DNA of 64,000 bases, from contig CAVQBK010000006.1 in the NCBI GenBank assembly GCA_963710755.1, forward strand, positions 128,001 through 192,000, read 5' to 3'. Below are positions 30,172 to 38,357 of the stretch, piece after piece; within the stretch, counting starts at the first letter, position 1, and the number at the start of each line of letters is the position of its first letter. A program made the position numbers and the translations under genes. The stretch is from an uncultured bacterium. Lineage in GTDB: Bacteria; Oederibacteriota; JAAXVQ01; JAUVAV01. Under the pieces are notes generated by a model. The model had not been told where the DNA came from. It did not search any database and saw nothing but the letters and a program-made list of their open reading frames with translations.

Positions 30172-31910
30172 TATTTTATTACCCCCACCCGTCGTTTAAA
30201 TTCCTGCGTTTTACCAGAACTCTGAGCCCTGACTTTGACCAGATAGATCCCGTTGGCCACGGTTCTACCCTCCCCATTCTTACCATCCCACATCCAGGCA
30301 GCGCCGCCCTTGGAGGTGGCGCTTAAGCTGATGGGATCAGTGCTGTCCTTGTCAAAGTTTTTAGCCACCACCACCCGGCCATAGGGATCGTAAATGCGTA
30401 GTTCCACATTACTGTTGTCTTCAAGATAGTAGTTGATGGAAGTGGTTTCATTGCGTCCAGGATCAAAAGGATTGGGGTAATTGACGATGGCCCCGGCCTC
30501 CACAGGCGCTACCGAAACCTTCACCGTCACACTCTGGTAAGCGTAAACCGTGGAGGAGACATTATCGAGCACGGCCACGTCCAACACCACCGCTTCATTG
30601 ATCGTGCCGGCTGTATAGGTACTTGTGGCCACACCTTCATTGGTTGAATTGTCACTGCCGGTGGTGGTGGCTGTCACCGACAAATAACCATTGGTGCTGG
30701 TGTTATGGAAGGTCACATGAAAATCATGGATATTGGAAGAAGTTTTATTGCCGTATTGGTCGTAAACCGTGGCTGAAACAATGGATTGATGATTGGACTG
30801 GACTTCGCTGGGGCTAAGGCTAAGCGACACACTGGCAGGAATGTTGGGGAGGATGGTTATGGGCGCTGAACTGACAGCATAAACGGTGGTACCATTAATG
30901 GTCAGTTGATGGGCTTGCAAATAAATCTGCGTAGCTTCCCGGAAATAGCGGTCATTAAAATATTTCACACCATTTTGCACAGTGAAATTAGCCAAATTAT
31001 CTCGATTGGGATTGTTGGCCAATTCTTCGTTGTTCGACAAATAAAATTTCTTAAATTCAAAGTAATCATTATTGTTGGTCAAAATGCCACCAGGCGCATT
31101 AGGATCAGAGGATGCTTTGATGGAAACGGATACATAAAAATCCTCTCCTGCATAGACCTGGGAAGGTGTGCTGATATGGGCAAACCCGGCAGTAGAGGAA
31201 AAGGAGGTGAGGTAGACAGGCGTGAAGGTCAGCCCTGGTGTGGACCCAAATCCTACGGTAACCAGGCTTCCTGTCAAGGAACCGGTCGTGGTTTCGATAG
31301 TGGAATAGCCTATCCCAGCATTTATAGGTATGGTAGAAGAAGGATGATAACTCATTCCTACTTCATTGGCCATTACCGTATCGGTGTAGGAATTAACTCG
31401 GTTATAATAAGCATCTGTGGCCAACAGGGTCACACCGTAATAAACGCCTTGAATGACGTCAGGATAATCACCACCTTGAACCACCGGAGTTACACCCGAA
31501 TTCACTCCTGGAGTATGAGTCTGTCCTGGAAGTATGATCAATAATTGACTGACAACATTAGCTGCAACCGCTACTTGCGTATTACCGTTTGCACTACCAT
31601 CGGTGCAGGAAATTTCATTGGCGCCTGCAGCTTTCAATCGAACAAAGCCCTTCCAAACACCGGCAGTAAAATTTTCGGATGTATTAGGGCTGATTGTATC
31701 CGGATAAGTATTATTGGTTAAATCAACAGTGCCAGAGAAGGTCGTGGACGGGATACCAGGAGCATCGTAGGCTGTAATAGTGATAGGGGTATATTCCCCA
31801 GCCGTAGGATTTGTTGCTGGATTAATTTCTAAAAGGAAATGAGATAAAGAATAACTTTGTAATGGAAGAAAGAATAGTGCGGAGATAATCAAGAAAGTTG
31901 CTTTTCTCAA
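30171..31910 (-). CDS. 579-aa secreted Ig-like protein with FlgD-type T9SS-like CTD
   Basis: TTG start after AAGGAGG; signal peptide; LLIILPGQTHTPG unit as in the 1901-aa protein; NYPNPFDPG...WDGKNGEGRTVANGIY. Confidence 0.8.
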   Translation of the reverse strand: MRKATFLIISALFFLPLQSYSLSHFLLEINPATNPTAGEYTPITITAYDAPGIPSTTFSGTVDLTNNTYPDTISPNTSENFTAGVWKGFVRLKAAGANEISCTDGSANGNTQVAVAANVVSQLLIILPGQTHTPGVNSGVTPVVQGGDYPDVIQGVYYGVTLLATDAYYNRVNSYTDTVMANEVGMSYHPSSTIPINAGIGYSTIETTTGSLTGSLVTVGFGSTPGLTFTPVYLTSFSSTAGFAHISTPSQVYAGEDFYVSVSIKASSDPNAPGGILTNNNDYFEFKKFYLSNNEELANNPNRDNLANFTVQNGVKYFNDRYFREATQIYLQAHQLTINGTTVYAVSSAPITILPNIPASVSLSLSPSEVQSNHQSIVSATVYDQYGNKTSSNIHDFHVTFHNTSTNGYLSVTATTTGSDNSTNEGVATSTYTAGTINEAVVLDVAVLDNVSSTVYAYQSVTVKVSVAPVEAGAIVNYPNPFDPGRNETTSINYYLEDNSNVELRIYDPYGRVVVAKNFDKDSTDPISLSATSKGGAAWMWDGKNGEGRTVANGIYLVKVRAQSSGKTQEFKRRVGVIK

Positions 31911-31945
31911 GATAATCCCTCCTTGGGTGAGTTGCGATCTCTGAC

Positions 31946-31973
31946 ATTATATAAATATTTTGTCATATTACAA
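31946..31973 (-). promoter_or_regulatory. Possible sigma70 promoter for the 579-aa/PorV unit
   Basis: TTGTAA-N16-TATAAT on the minus strand in an AT-rich upstream region. Confidence 0.4.
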
Positions 31974-32156
31974 AGCAAATTATTCATTAAATTGTCATTG
32001 GATTTATAATCAAAAATTAAGCAGGTAAATAAAAGGGAAAACAGACTACAAATTAGATTAAATAAATCTCGGAAATCGAACTCTTCCAAGTCCATGCACA
32101 TTAAAATGTGCTGCATCTTGGTCAGCAATATCCCTCATCGCTCAATTGTCCCTACC

Positions 32157-32184
32157 GTAGGGGTTCAACATGTTGAACCCCTAC
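32157..32184. repeat. GTAG-type REP-like perfect palindrome
   Basis: GTAGGGGTTCAACATGTTGAACCCCTAC, perfect 28-bp palindrome just downstream of the MarC gene. Confidence 0.85.
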
Positions 32185-32209
32185 ATTTCAAAATATTTCC
32201 AGTTGCTGG

Positions 32210-32827
32210 TCACCTCACCCCAAATCCCAACTTAATCCCCTCTATAGCCATACCCGCGCCCATGACCGCCAGGATGAGTCCCATGATTTTGCCGATGACC
32301 ATAATTATATTCTTGCCCAGCTTGTTCACGATATAATCGCCAAAGATAAAAGCCCAATAGGTTAACAGAATCATAAGTCCGAAAATGGCCATCACCATAC
32401 CCATACGCAGCAAGCCTGCATTGGTCACATTATTCATGGCGGTTACAATAGTGCCCGGTCCGGCTAAAATGGGAATGGCTAAAGGTGAAACGGCAATACT
32501 ATCCGTATCCGGATCTTCCTGATGATGGATAGTGGATTTTTTGGACTGGAGCATTTCAAAGCCCACATAAAAGACGATCAATCCCCCGGTGATTTTAAAG
32601 GCGGGGATGGTGAGACCAAACAAGTCAAAGATAGCTTTGCCCATCACCACAAAACATAGAACTATTAAAAAAGCCGTAATAGTGGCCGTTTTGGCAATCC
32701 GTTTTCTGGTGGCTGCATCCCTGTCTTCCACCAAGGCCAGAAAGATAGGGCTGTTGGCAATGGGATTCATAATCGCAAAAAAGCCCATAAACACGGACAA
32801 TGAAAAAGTTAAAAGATGGTCAGGCAT
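32210..32827 (-). CDS. marC: MarC family inner-membrane protein
   Basis: FAIMNPIANSPIF, AFKITGGLIVF, IAVSPLAIPILAGPGTI and IGKIMGLIL motifs; six TM segments. Confidence 0.9.
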   Translation of the reverse strand: MPDHLLTFSLSVFMGFFAIMNPIANSPIFLALVEDRDAATRKRIAKTATITAFLIVLCFVVMGKAIFDLFGLTIPAFKITGGLIVFYVGFEMLQSKKSTIHHQEDPDTDSIAVSPLAIPILAGPGTIVTAMNNVTNAGLLRMGMVMAIFGLMILLTYWAFIFGDYIVNKLGKNIIMVIGKIMGLILAVMGAGMAIEGIKLGFGVR

Positions 32828-33106
32828 TGGCTGATCCTTAAACGATGATCCTTACCCTAGCAAATATTTCATCCCCCTGCAACTCCAATCACCGCCCTCT
32901 TAGTAAGACATTAGTCCCGGCAACGTGATGGGTTACCCTCCCCATCCTGCCACGACGGACCTACAGGCCTAAAAATATCCAGCCGATAATAAAACAAAGG
33001 CAGAAGATCCAGACATTTGTCGGACAACTATAAGTCCCGTTAAACATGAGTTCCCGTCATCTATTGGGAAAAAGTATAAATCCGACCAACTCAACCAGCA
33101 AAGGAA

Positions 33107-33934
33107 GTGGCCAACATGGCAACCGTAAGAATGGGCAGTGTTTTTATAATTCTCATAATCCTGGGATTAATCACCCCCAGCCTCGGACAAGCGTCTAAAA
33201 ATATTGTTTACACTTACACCGCCATGATCAATGGCACCCCCCGAGCCGTCACTCTAACCGTGGAAGAAGCCCAGCATTTGACCACGGTTTCTTATTATAA
33301 TGAATTCGGTGAAAAAGAAACGAGCACGTTTACCGATCAAACCAAACTTCAGAGTGCCAAATATTTTGATGCAGAGGGCAAAGAAATGGTGGGGGTTAAT
33401 TATGATTATGAGCATAATAAAATTGAAATTAGCGGCGTTTGCCCTGCCCATTATCCCTATCGCCAACCCACCTATGACAACAATGGTGCTTTGTTTTATC
33501 TGCTGACCCTGCTCCAGCCCAAACCCGGCCAACGCTATACTTTTTATATGTGCCAAAGTAATCTGACTCATATCGAAGATGACTTTTCCAGAGGGCTGAT
33601 CACTAATTGGGTTGGGCCTGTAGAGATGTATTTTAAATATGTAAGTGATGAAGACATAACGGTGGGAAACAAAACATATAGTACCAGAAAATATGAGATG
33701 GGTGTCAATGTTCCCACCATCGCTCTTTTCTGGCCCAATAAATATTATTTTTGGATTTCACAACAGGACCAGTTACTGGTTCAATTCCAGGGCCCCAACA
33801 ACAAGAACCATATTGACACCTATCAGCTTGCCACGCAAACAGCCTTGGACAATAATGTACCCGTAGTGTCGTCGCTGCCGGAATCACCGGCCGGGGTCTT
33901 GTCTCAAGAGGTTTTAAAGACTGCCCAACCCTGA
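33107..33934 (+). CDS. Hypothetical secreted beta-rich protein
   Basis: Open 275-codon frame with an N-terminal signal-peptide-like segment; E.ITV...Y.TRKY...Y.FW pattern loosely like DUF3108 proteins. Confidence 0.6.
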   Translation: MANMATVRMGSVFIILIILGLITPSLGQASKNIVYTYTAMINGTPRAVTLTVEEAQHLTTVSYYNEFGEKETSTFTDQTKLQSAKYFDAEGKEMVGVNYDYEHNKIEISGVCPAHYPYRQPTYDNNGALFYLLTLLQPKPGQRYTFYMCQSNLTHIEDDFSRGLITNWVGPVEMYFKYVSDEDITVGNKTYSTRKYEMGVNVPTIALFWPNKYYFWISQQDQLLVQFQGPNNKNHIDTYQLATQTALDNNVPVVSSLPESPAGVLSQEVLKTAQP

Positions 33935-34435
33935 ACGATATTGCCTCATTTGGTCTGCTAGTACTGCGGCTCTCATGGGCAGCATGCTGTCCGGGATTTT
34001 AATCGGGCCATGACCCACTTTTAAATTCAAATTCATCATAGTGCGCTGTAAGCCTTTGGCCTTGGTTATATAGGCCTGCACATTCTCCAATTCAATACTG
34101 ACGAACCGTTCCCGTCCTGCTGACCGGGCCTCTATTTCCTTAATGTCCTCCCAAGGAATAAAGCCCACGGCAAATATCGAGGATTGATCCATCACCCCCT
34201 GATCACTAAGGACAAGCAAGGGTTTGGGCAGCACTAAACGGAATAGGGTGTGCCCCAATAGCCATAGGAAAAGAACAAGCATCATATAAGCCAGGCCTAA
34301 CCCCGCCGTTCGGAAAGCGCCTAAACTGGTTGGATGTATAATCAGCCCTCCCGCCGCTGCTGATAACAACGCCGAACCGATTAGGCTTCTTAGCATTTTG
34401 GAGGTAGGAGGGTATATTTTTGTAGTCTGGGCCAT
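33914..34435 (-). CDS. STM3941-like two-TM membrane protein
   Basis: Two TM helices, then PLLVLSDQGVMDQSS....GFIPWEDI motif. Confidence 0.65.
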   Translation of the reverse strand: MAQTTKIYPPTSKMLRSLIGSALLSAAAGGLIIHPTSLGAFRTAGLGLAYMMLVLFLWLLGHTLFRLVLPKPLLVLSDQGVMDQSSIFAVGFIPWEDIKEIEARSAGRERFVSIELENVQAYITKAKGLQRTMMNLNLKVGHGPIKIPDSMLPMRAAVLADQMRQYRSGLGSL

Positions 34436-34665
34436 GATAGTCTTCCCTTTCAGACTAATATAATAAAATTATATTTTCTCCAATGGCCCAGGGGATGTCA
34501 ACCATCCGGGAAGTCATTGTGACTTAGATTTTATCCTTGATTAAGTTGATTAAAAATTTTACATTACATCATCGTTCTTTCCCGGCGGCCTTGCATGATT
34601 TTGTCTGTTTTATCCCTGATGGTTTTTCCCCTCAAGGCCACGCCCACCAACTAAGGAGAAAACTC

Positions 34666-35076
34666 ATGTTCACGATCAACCACAAAGTACATCTTGGTGA
34701 CACGGACGCTACCGGGCAAGTCTATTATGCCAAACCATTGGAATGGCTGGAGTGGTGCCGGGTAGATTGGTTCGAATCCCTTTATGGTAATTTTTTAACT
34801 TATGTCCAAAAATATCAACTCACCTACTTCCCCGCCAAAATACAAGTGGATTATAAAAAACCTATTTTTTGCGGAGACAACTTATCCATCCGCATGCATA
34901 CCGCCGACCTTAAAAAAGTGTCTTGCCAGTTTAACTACGTGGTTGAACGTCAGGGCGAAACCGTGCTGACCGCAGAAGTCACCATGGTATGCTACCACCA
35001 TGGGGAGAAGCGCTTGGCGCGCATTCCCGATCATATGATTGAAAGCATTAATTCGCTGGTACCGATTCACGGATAA
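34666..35076 (+). CDS. Acyl-CoA thioesterase (4HBT/YbgC-like hotdog fold)
   Basis: V..GDTDATGQVYYA...W.E..R and VDYKKP...GD motifs; ATG 34666 follows AAGGAG. Confidence 0.85.
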   Translation: MFTINHKVHLGDTDATGQVYYAKPLEWLEWCRVDWFESLYGNFLTYVQKYQLTYFPAKIQVDYKKPIFCGDNLSIRMHTADLKKVSCQFNYVVERQGETVLTAEVTMVCYHHGEKRLARIPDHMIESINSLVPIHG

Positions 35077-35132
35077 TGATCACCTAGTGTAGTCACTTTC
35101 ATTCCGAATTAAGAAACAAGGAGGTTTAGGCT

Positions 35133-35585
35133 ATGACCACGTTCACTGTTTCAGTTAAAGAAAAGTTCCCAACGGTCCAAGAACCTCCAGGCAGCTATCA
35201 TAACAATGAATTATTGGTGCTCAGAACGCAACTCATGCATGCCGCCATAAAAGTTCAGCGGCATATGGGCTTGGGTGTGTCTCCCGCCACCTTTCGTTTG
35301 GCTCTGGCCAAAGAATTGCAGGCTCTGGGATTGATCTGTCAAACTCAGGTAATGGTTCCTATCCCTTATAAAACACACCTTTTACACGACTGTGAGTATT
35401 TGGATTTGGTAGTCCTCGACACTTTGGGACTATTGATTTCAGAAGGCATGCAACCCGATGAACTCCAGCATCAAAAAGCCAGATTTCTTTTAAAGCATTG
35501 TTCCTTGGCCGGGTTACTGCTGATGGATATCGCCTATCCCTTATTTGAAAAGTCTATTATATTCATGACATCAAAAGAAGAATAA
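35133..35585 (+). CDS. Degenerate GxxExxY-family (PD-(D/E)xK-fold) protein
   Basis: AAIKV.R.MG.G......AL..EL...GL....QV.VPI.YK...LDLVV scaffold retained; signature residues substituted. Confidence 0.65.
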   Translation: MTTFTVSVKEKFPTVQEPPGSYHNNELLVLRTQLMHAAIKVQRHMGLGVSPATFRLALAKELQALGLICQTQVMVPIPYKTHLLHDCEYLDLVVLDTLGLLISEGMQPDELQHQKARFLLKHCSLAGLLLMDIAYPLFEKSIIFMTSKEE

Positions 35586-35600
35586 TCTGACCCGCCAAGG

Positions 35601-36092
35601 TCAGCCCGCCACGGAGCTGGTATCCTTTCTTGCAAGGTTCTCCGAAACCCTGCTGAGAAAGGCCGCCATCTGATTTTCATCCTCAAGAGACAGAAGGGTT
35701 TTTAAAACACTGGGATTTAAAAACAAGGTCGCCAATTTGGAGAATAGTCCGAGATGACTAACCTCGGCCTTGAGCGGCAACAGCAACAAAAAAACAACGT
35801 GGGTTCTGGAATTATCAAGAGCGCCAAATTCCAATCCCCTCTTCGAGACCGCTACCAACAGGGTTGTTTTTTTAATAAAGGCCGCACGGGCATGGGGAAA
35901 AGCCACGCCTCTGCCCACCGCCGTGGACCCCAGGCGCTCCCTTTCCCAAACAGCCTTCAAAATTTTATCTTTCAGGGCACCTTGCTGATCCATTTTGCAA
36001 GAACCGATCATGGTCCTGAGAACCTCCGCCTTATCCAACCCTTCTACATCCCGTATAATACAATCCGGTCTCAACAGCTGCTGCAGTTCCAT
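35601..36092 (-). CDS. ptsN: PTS EIIA (Ntr/fructose-type) protein
   Basis: ERERLGSTAVGRGVAFPHAR phospho-His motif and GLEFGALD. Confidence 0.8.
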   Translation of the reverse strand: MELQQLLRPDCIIRDVEGLDKAEVLRTMIGSCKMDQQGALKDKILKAVWERERLGSTAVGRGVAFPHARAAFIKKTTLLVAVSKRGLEFGALDNSRTHVVFLLLLPLKAEVSHLGLFSKLATLFLNPSVLKTLLSLEDENQMAAFLSRVSENLARKDTSSVAG

Positions 36093-36224
36093 AATGGTCT
36101 CCTTCAGGTGCTAACCCCAACATTTTCTCTCTATGTATTAAGACACACCAAAAGAAACTTTATTCCATTTTTATTAAAATTATTTTATGGCAGGGGCATC
36201 AATTGTATCTTAAGAGGAGATTAT

Positions 36225-36602
36225 TCAGTAGCGGCAATCAATAACATAACACCTAAGGGAACGATCAGCGTCCTTAATTTCAGCAATCAGCAAGGCATAT
36301 TTATTCCGGAACAGGTGTTTGATTTTGGCTTCCGCCCGGTTGGGGAAGACATTTTGTACGCGAAAACGGCCTATGGGCAATTTATTTTTGCCTAAATCAT
36401 AAATAATACCTTCATCGCCCCTGTGCACGCCCTGATTGTAACCACGATTGAACAGTAATTTATTAAGACGATTAATATGTTTAGGCTTAATTTTGCTGTA
36501 ATCATTAAAGGCTACTGGGGCCATAGGCAGCGGTGGTAAAGTGGCACAGCCGTTCAAAATTAAAACCAACACAATAAAAAGGCAGGGAAAGATTCTGGAC
36601 AT
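36225..36602 (-). CDS. Hypothetical lipoprotein
   Basis: Hydrophobic N-terminus with lipobox LNGC. Confidence 0.5.
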   Translation of the reverse strand: MSRIFPCLFIVLVLILNGCATLPPLPMAPVAFNDYSKIKPKHINRLNKLLFNRGYNQGVHRGDEGIIYDLGKNKLPIGRFRVQNVFPNRAEAKIKHLFRNKYALLIAEIKDADRSLRCYVIDCRY

Positions 36603-36720
36603 TCATGTCTCCGCTCTCCCCCTGCGCTTTTTAAACTATCGGCCACCAAGTGAATTTCTTTAATTCTAAATATTAACCGGATTTTTTCTGTTATCGCCCG
36701 GCTCTTCTGATATCATTGGT

Positions 36721-38139
36721 TCACCTTGTTGCTTGCAAAAACCGGCTGACCTTTCCCGCCGCTTCACGGCCACGGTTAATAGCCCGCACCACCAAGGACG
36801 CTCCGGTCTCCGCATCGCCGGCGGCAAAAACACCTTCCTGCGAAGTGCGATAGTGGTCATCCACCTTGATATTGCCCCGGCCATCGGTTTCGAGTTTCAG
36901 CTCCGAGACCAAGCCCTTGGGATCGGCGTGCAAAAACCCCATGGCCAAGAGCACAAGGTCGGCCTTCAAATCAAAAGCTGATCCTGGTATTTCCTTGAAA
37001 CTGGGCCGGCCTCCTTCGGGAAAAGTCCATTCCAGTTTGACCGCTTTGAGTGCGGTAACCTGGCCATCTTTGCCGATCATTTCCTTGGTATTGATATCCC
37101 ACATGCGTTCGCACCCTTCTTCATGGGAGCTAGAAGTGCGCAAAATAGTCGGCCAGTAAGGCCAGGGATTGTTAGCCGCCCGTGCTTGCGGCGGCTGGGA
37201 GAGCAATTCAATCTGAGTTACTTTAACCGCCCCCTGGCGAATGCTGGTGCCAATGCAGTCGGATCCTGTATCTCCACCGCCAACCACCACCACATGCTTG
37301 CCTTTGGCGCTAAGACGTTGATCTTCAGGAATAGGATCACCGGCATTGAGCATGTTCTGTTGGGTCAAAAACTCCAGCGCAAAATGAACACCCTTTAATT
37401 CCCGCCCCGGTACCGTCAAATCACGGGGCACGCCGGCACCGATGGTGAGCAGCGTAGCGTCAAACTCTTTTTGCAGGCTTTCCGCCGTGACTTGTGTATT
37501 GGTTTTAAAGACCACGCCTTCCGCTTCCATCTGCCGCATGCGACGGTCAATAACATTTTTATCCAGTTTGTAATCAGGGATGCCGTAGCGTAAATAACCG
37601 CCGATACGGCCGGCTTTTTCAAAAAGTGTGACCTCATGTCCTTCGCGCGCCAACTGTTGCGCAGCAGACAAGCCGGCTGGTCCGGAACCCACCACGGCCA
37701 CTTTCTTTCCGGTTCTTCTTTTGGCCAGCTGAGGCTTGATCCAGCCTTCCTTGAATCCTTTTTCCACAATCTGCAATTCGATTTGGCGAATGGTTACGGG
37801 TTTGCCGTCCAACTCCAGGGTGCAGGCAGCTTCACAGGGTGCCGGACAGATGCGGCCGGTCATTTCGGGAAGGTTGTTGGTGCTATGCAGCATGGCGCAG
37901 GCTTTTTCCCATTGATTACGGTAAATCAGATCATTCCAATCAGGAATCAAATTTTTAACAGGACAACCAAAGGCATGGCAGGTGGGAATACCGCAATCCA
38001 TGCAGCGGGCCGCCTGTTCATGCAACTTGGCAGGATCAAGGAGCTGTTCAATCTCGGCAAAATCCTTAACCCTTTCCTCCACTTTGCGTTTTGGTGGATT
38101 CTGCCGCTCATATTCGAGAAAACCGGTTGGTTTGGCCAT
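36721..38139 (-). CDS. gltD: Glutamate synthase small (beta) subunit
   Basis: QAARCMDCGIPTCH..CP, GRICPAPCEAAC, GSGPAG, GGGDTGSDC. Confidence 0.97.
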   Translation of the reverse strand: MAKPTGFLEYERQNPPKRKVEERVKDFAEIEQLLDPAKLHEQAARCMDCGIPTCHAFGCPVKNLIPDWNDLIYRNQWEKACAMLHSTNNLPEMTGRICPAPCEAACTLELDGKPVTIRQIELQIVEKGFKEGWIKPQLAKRRTGKKVAVVGSGPAGLSAAQQLAREGHEVTLFEKAGRIGGYLRYGIPDYKLDKNVIDRRMRQMEAEGVVFKTNTQVTAESLQKEFDATLLTIGAGVPRDLTVPGRELKGVHFALEFLTQQNMLNAGDPIPEDQRLSAKGKHVVVVGGGDTGSDCIGTSIRQGAVKVTQIELLSQPPQARAANNPWPYWPTILRTSSSHEEGCERMWDINTKEMIGKDGQVTALKAVKLEWTFPEGGRPSFKEIPGSAFDLKADLVLLAMGFLHADPKGLVSELKLETDGRGNIKVDDHYRTSQEGVFAAGDAETGASLVVRAINRGREAAGKVSRFLQATR

Positions 38140-38316
38140 TATAAAATTCCTCCAGAAAAAATTAATACCCTAAGCCGGCAAAGCCGGAAGTCAAGTTGCC
38201 CACAGTGGAGATTTTCTCCCGCTGTGGGGGCGTATAGGACAATAGGTTCCAACAGATATACTAAGTTTTTTCTTCCCCTACTTCCCGTCTTCCTGTAATT
38301 AGTTGTTTATGAATGT

Positions 38317-38344
38317 GTAGGGGTGTACTGCATTTCGCCTCTAC
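38317..38344. repeat. Degenerate GTAG-type REP-like palindrome
   Basis: GTAGGGGTGTACTGCATTTCGCCTCTAC, 28 bp, in the gltB-gltD spacer. Confidence 0.6.
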
Positions 38345-38357
38345 CGTCTACGGTTAA

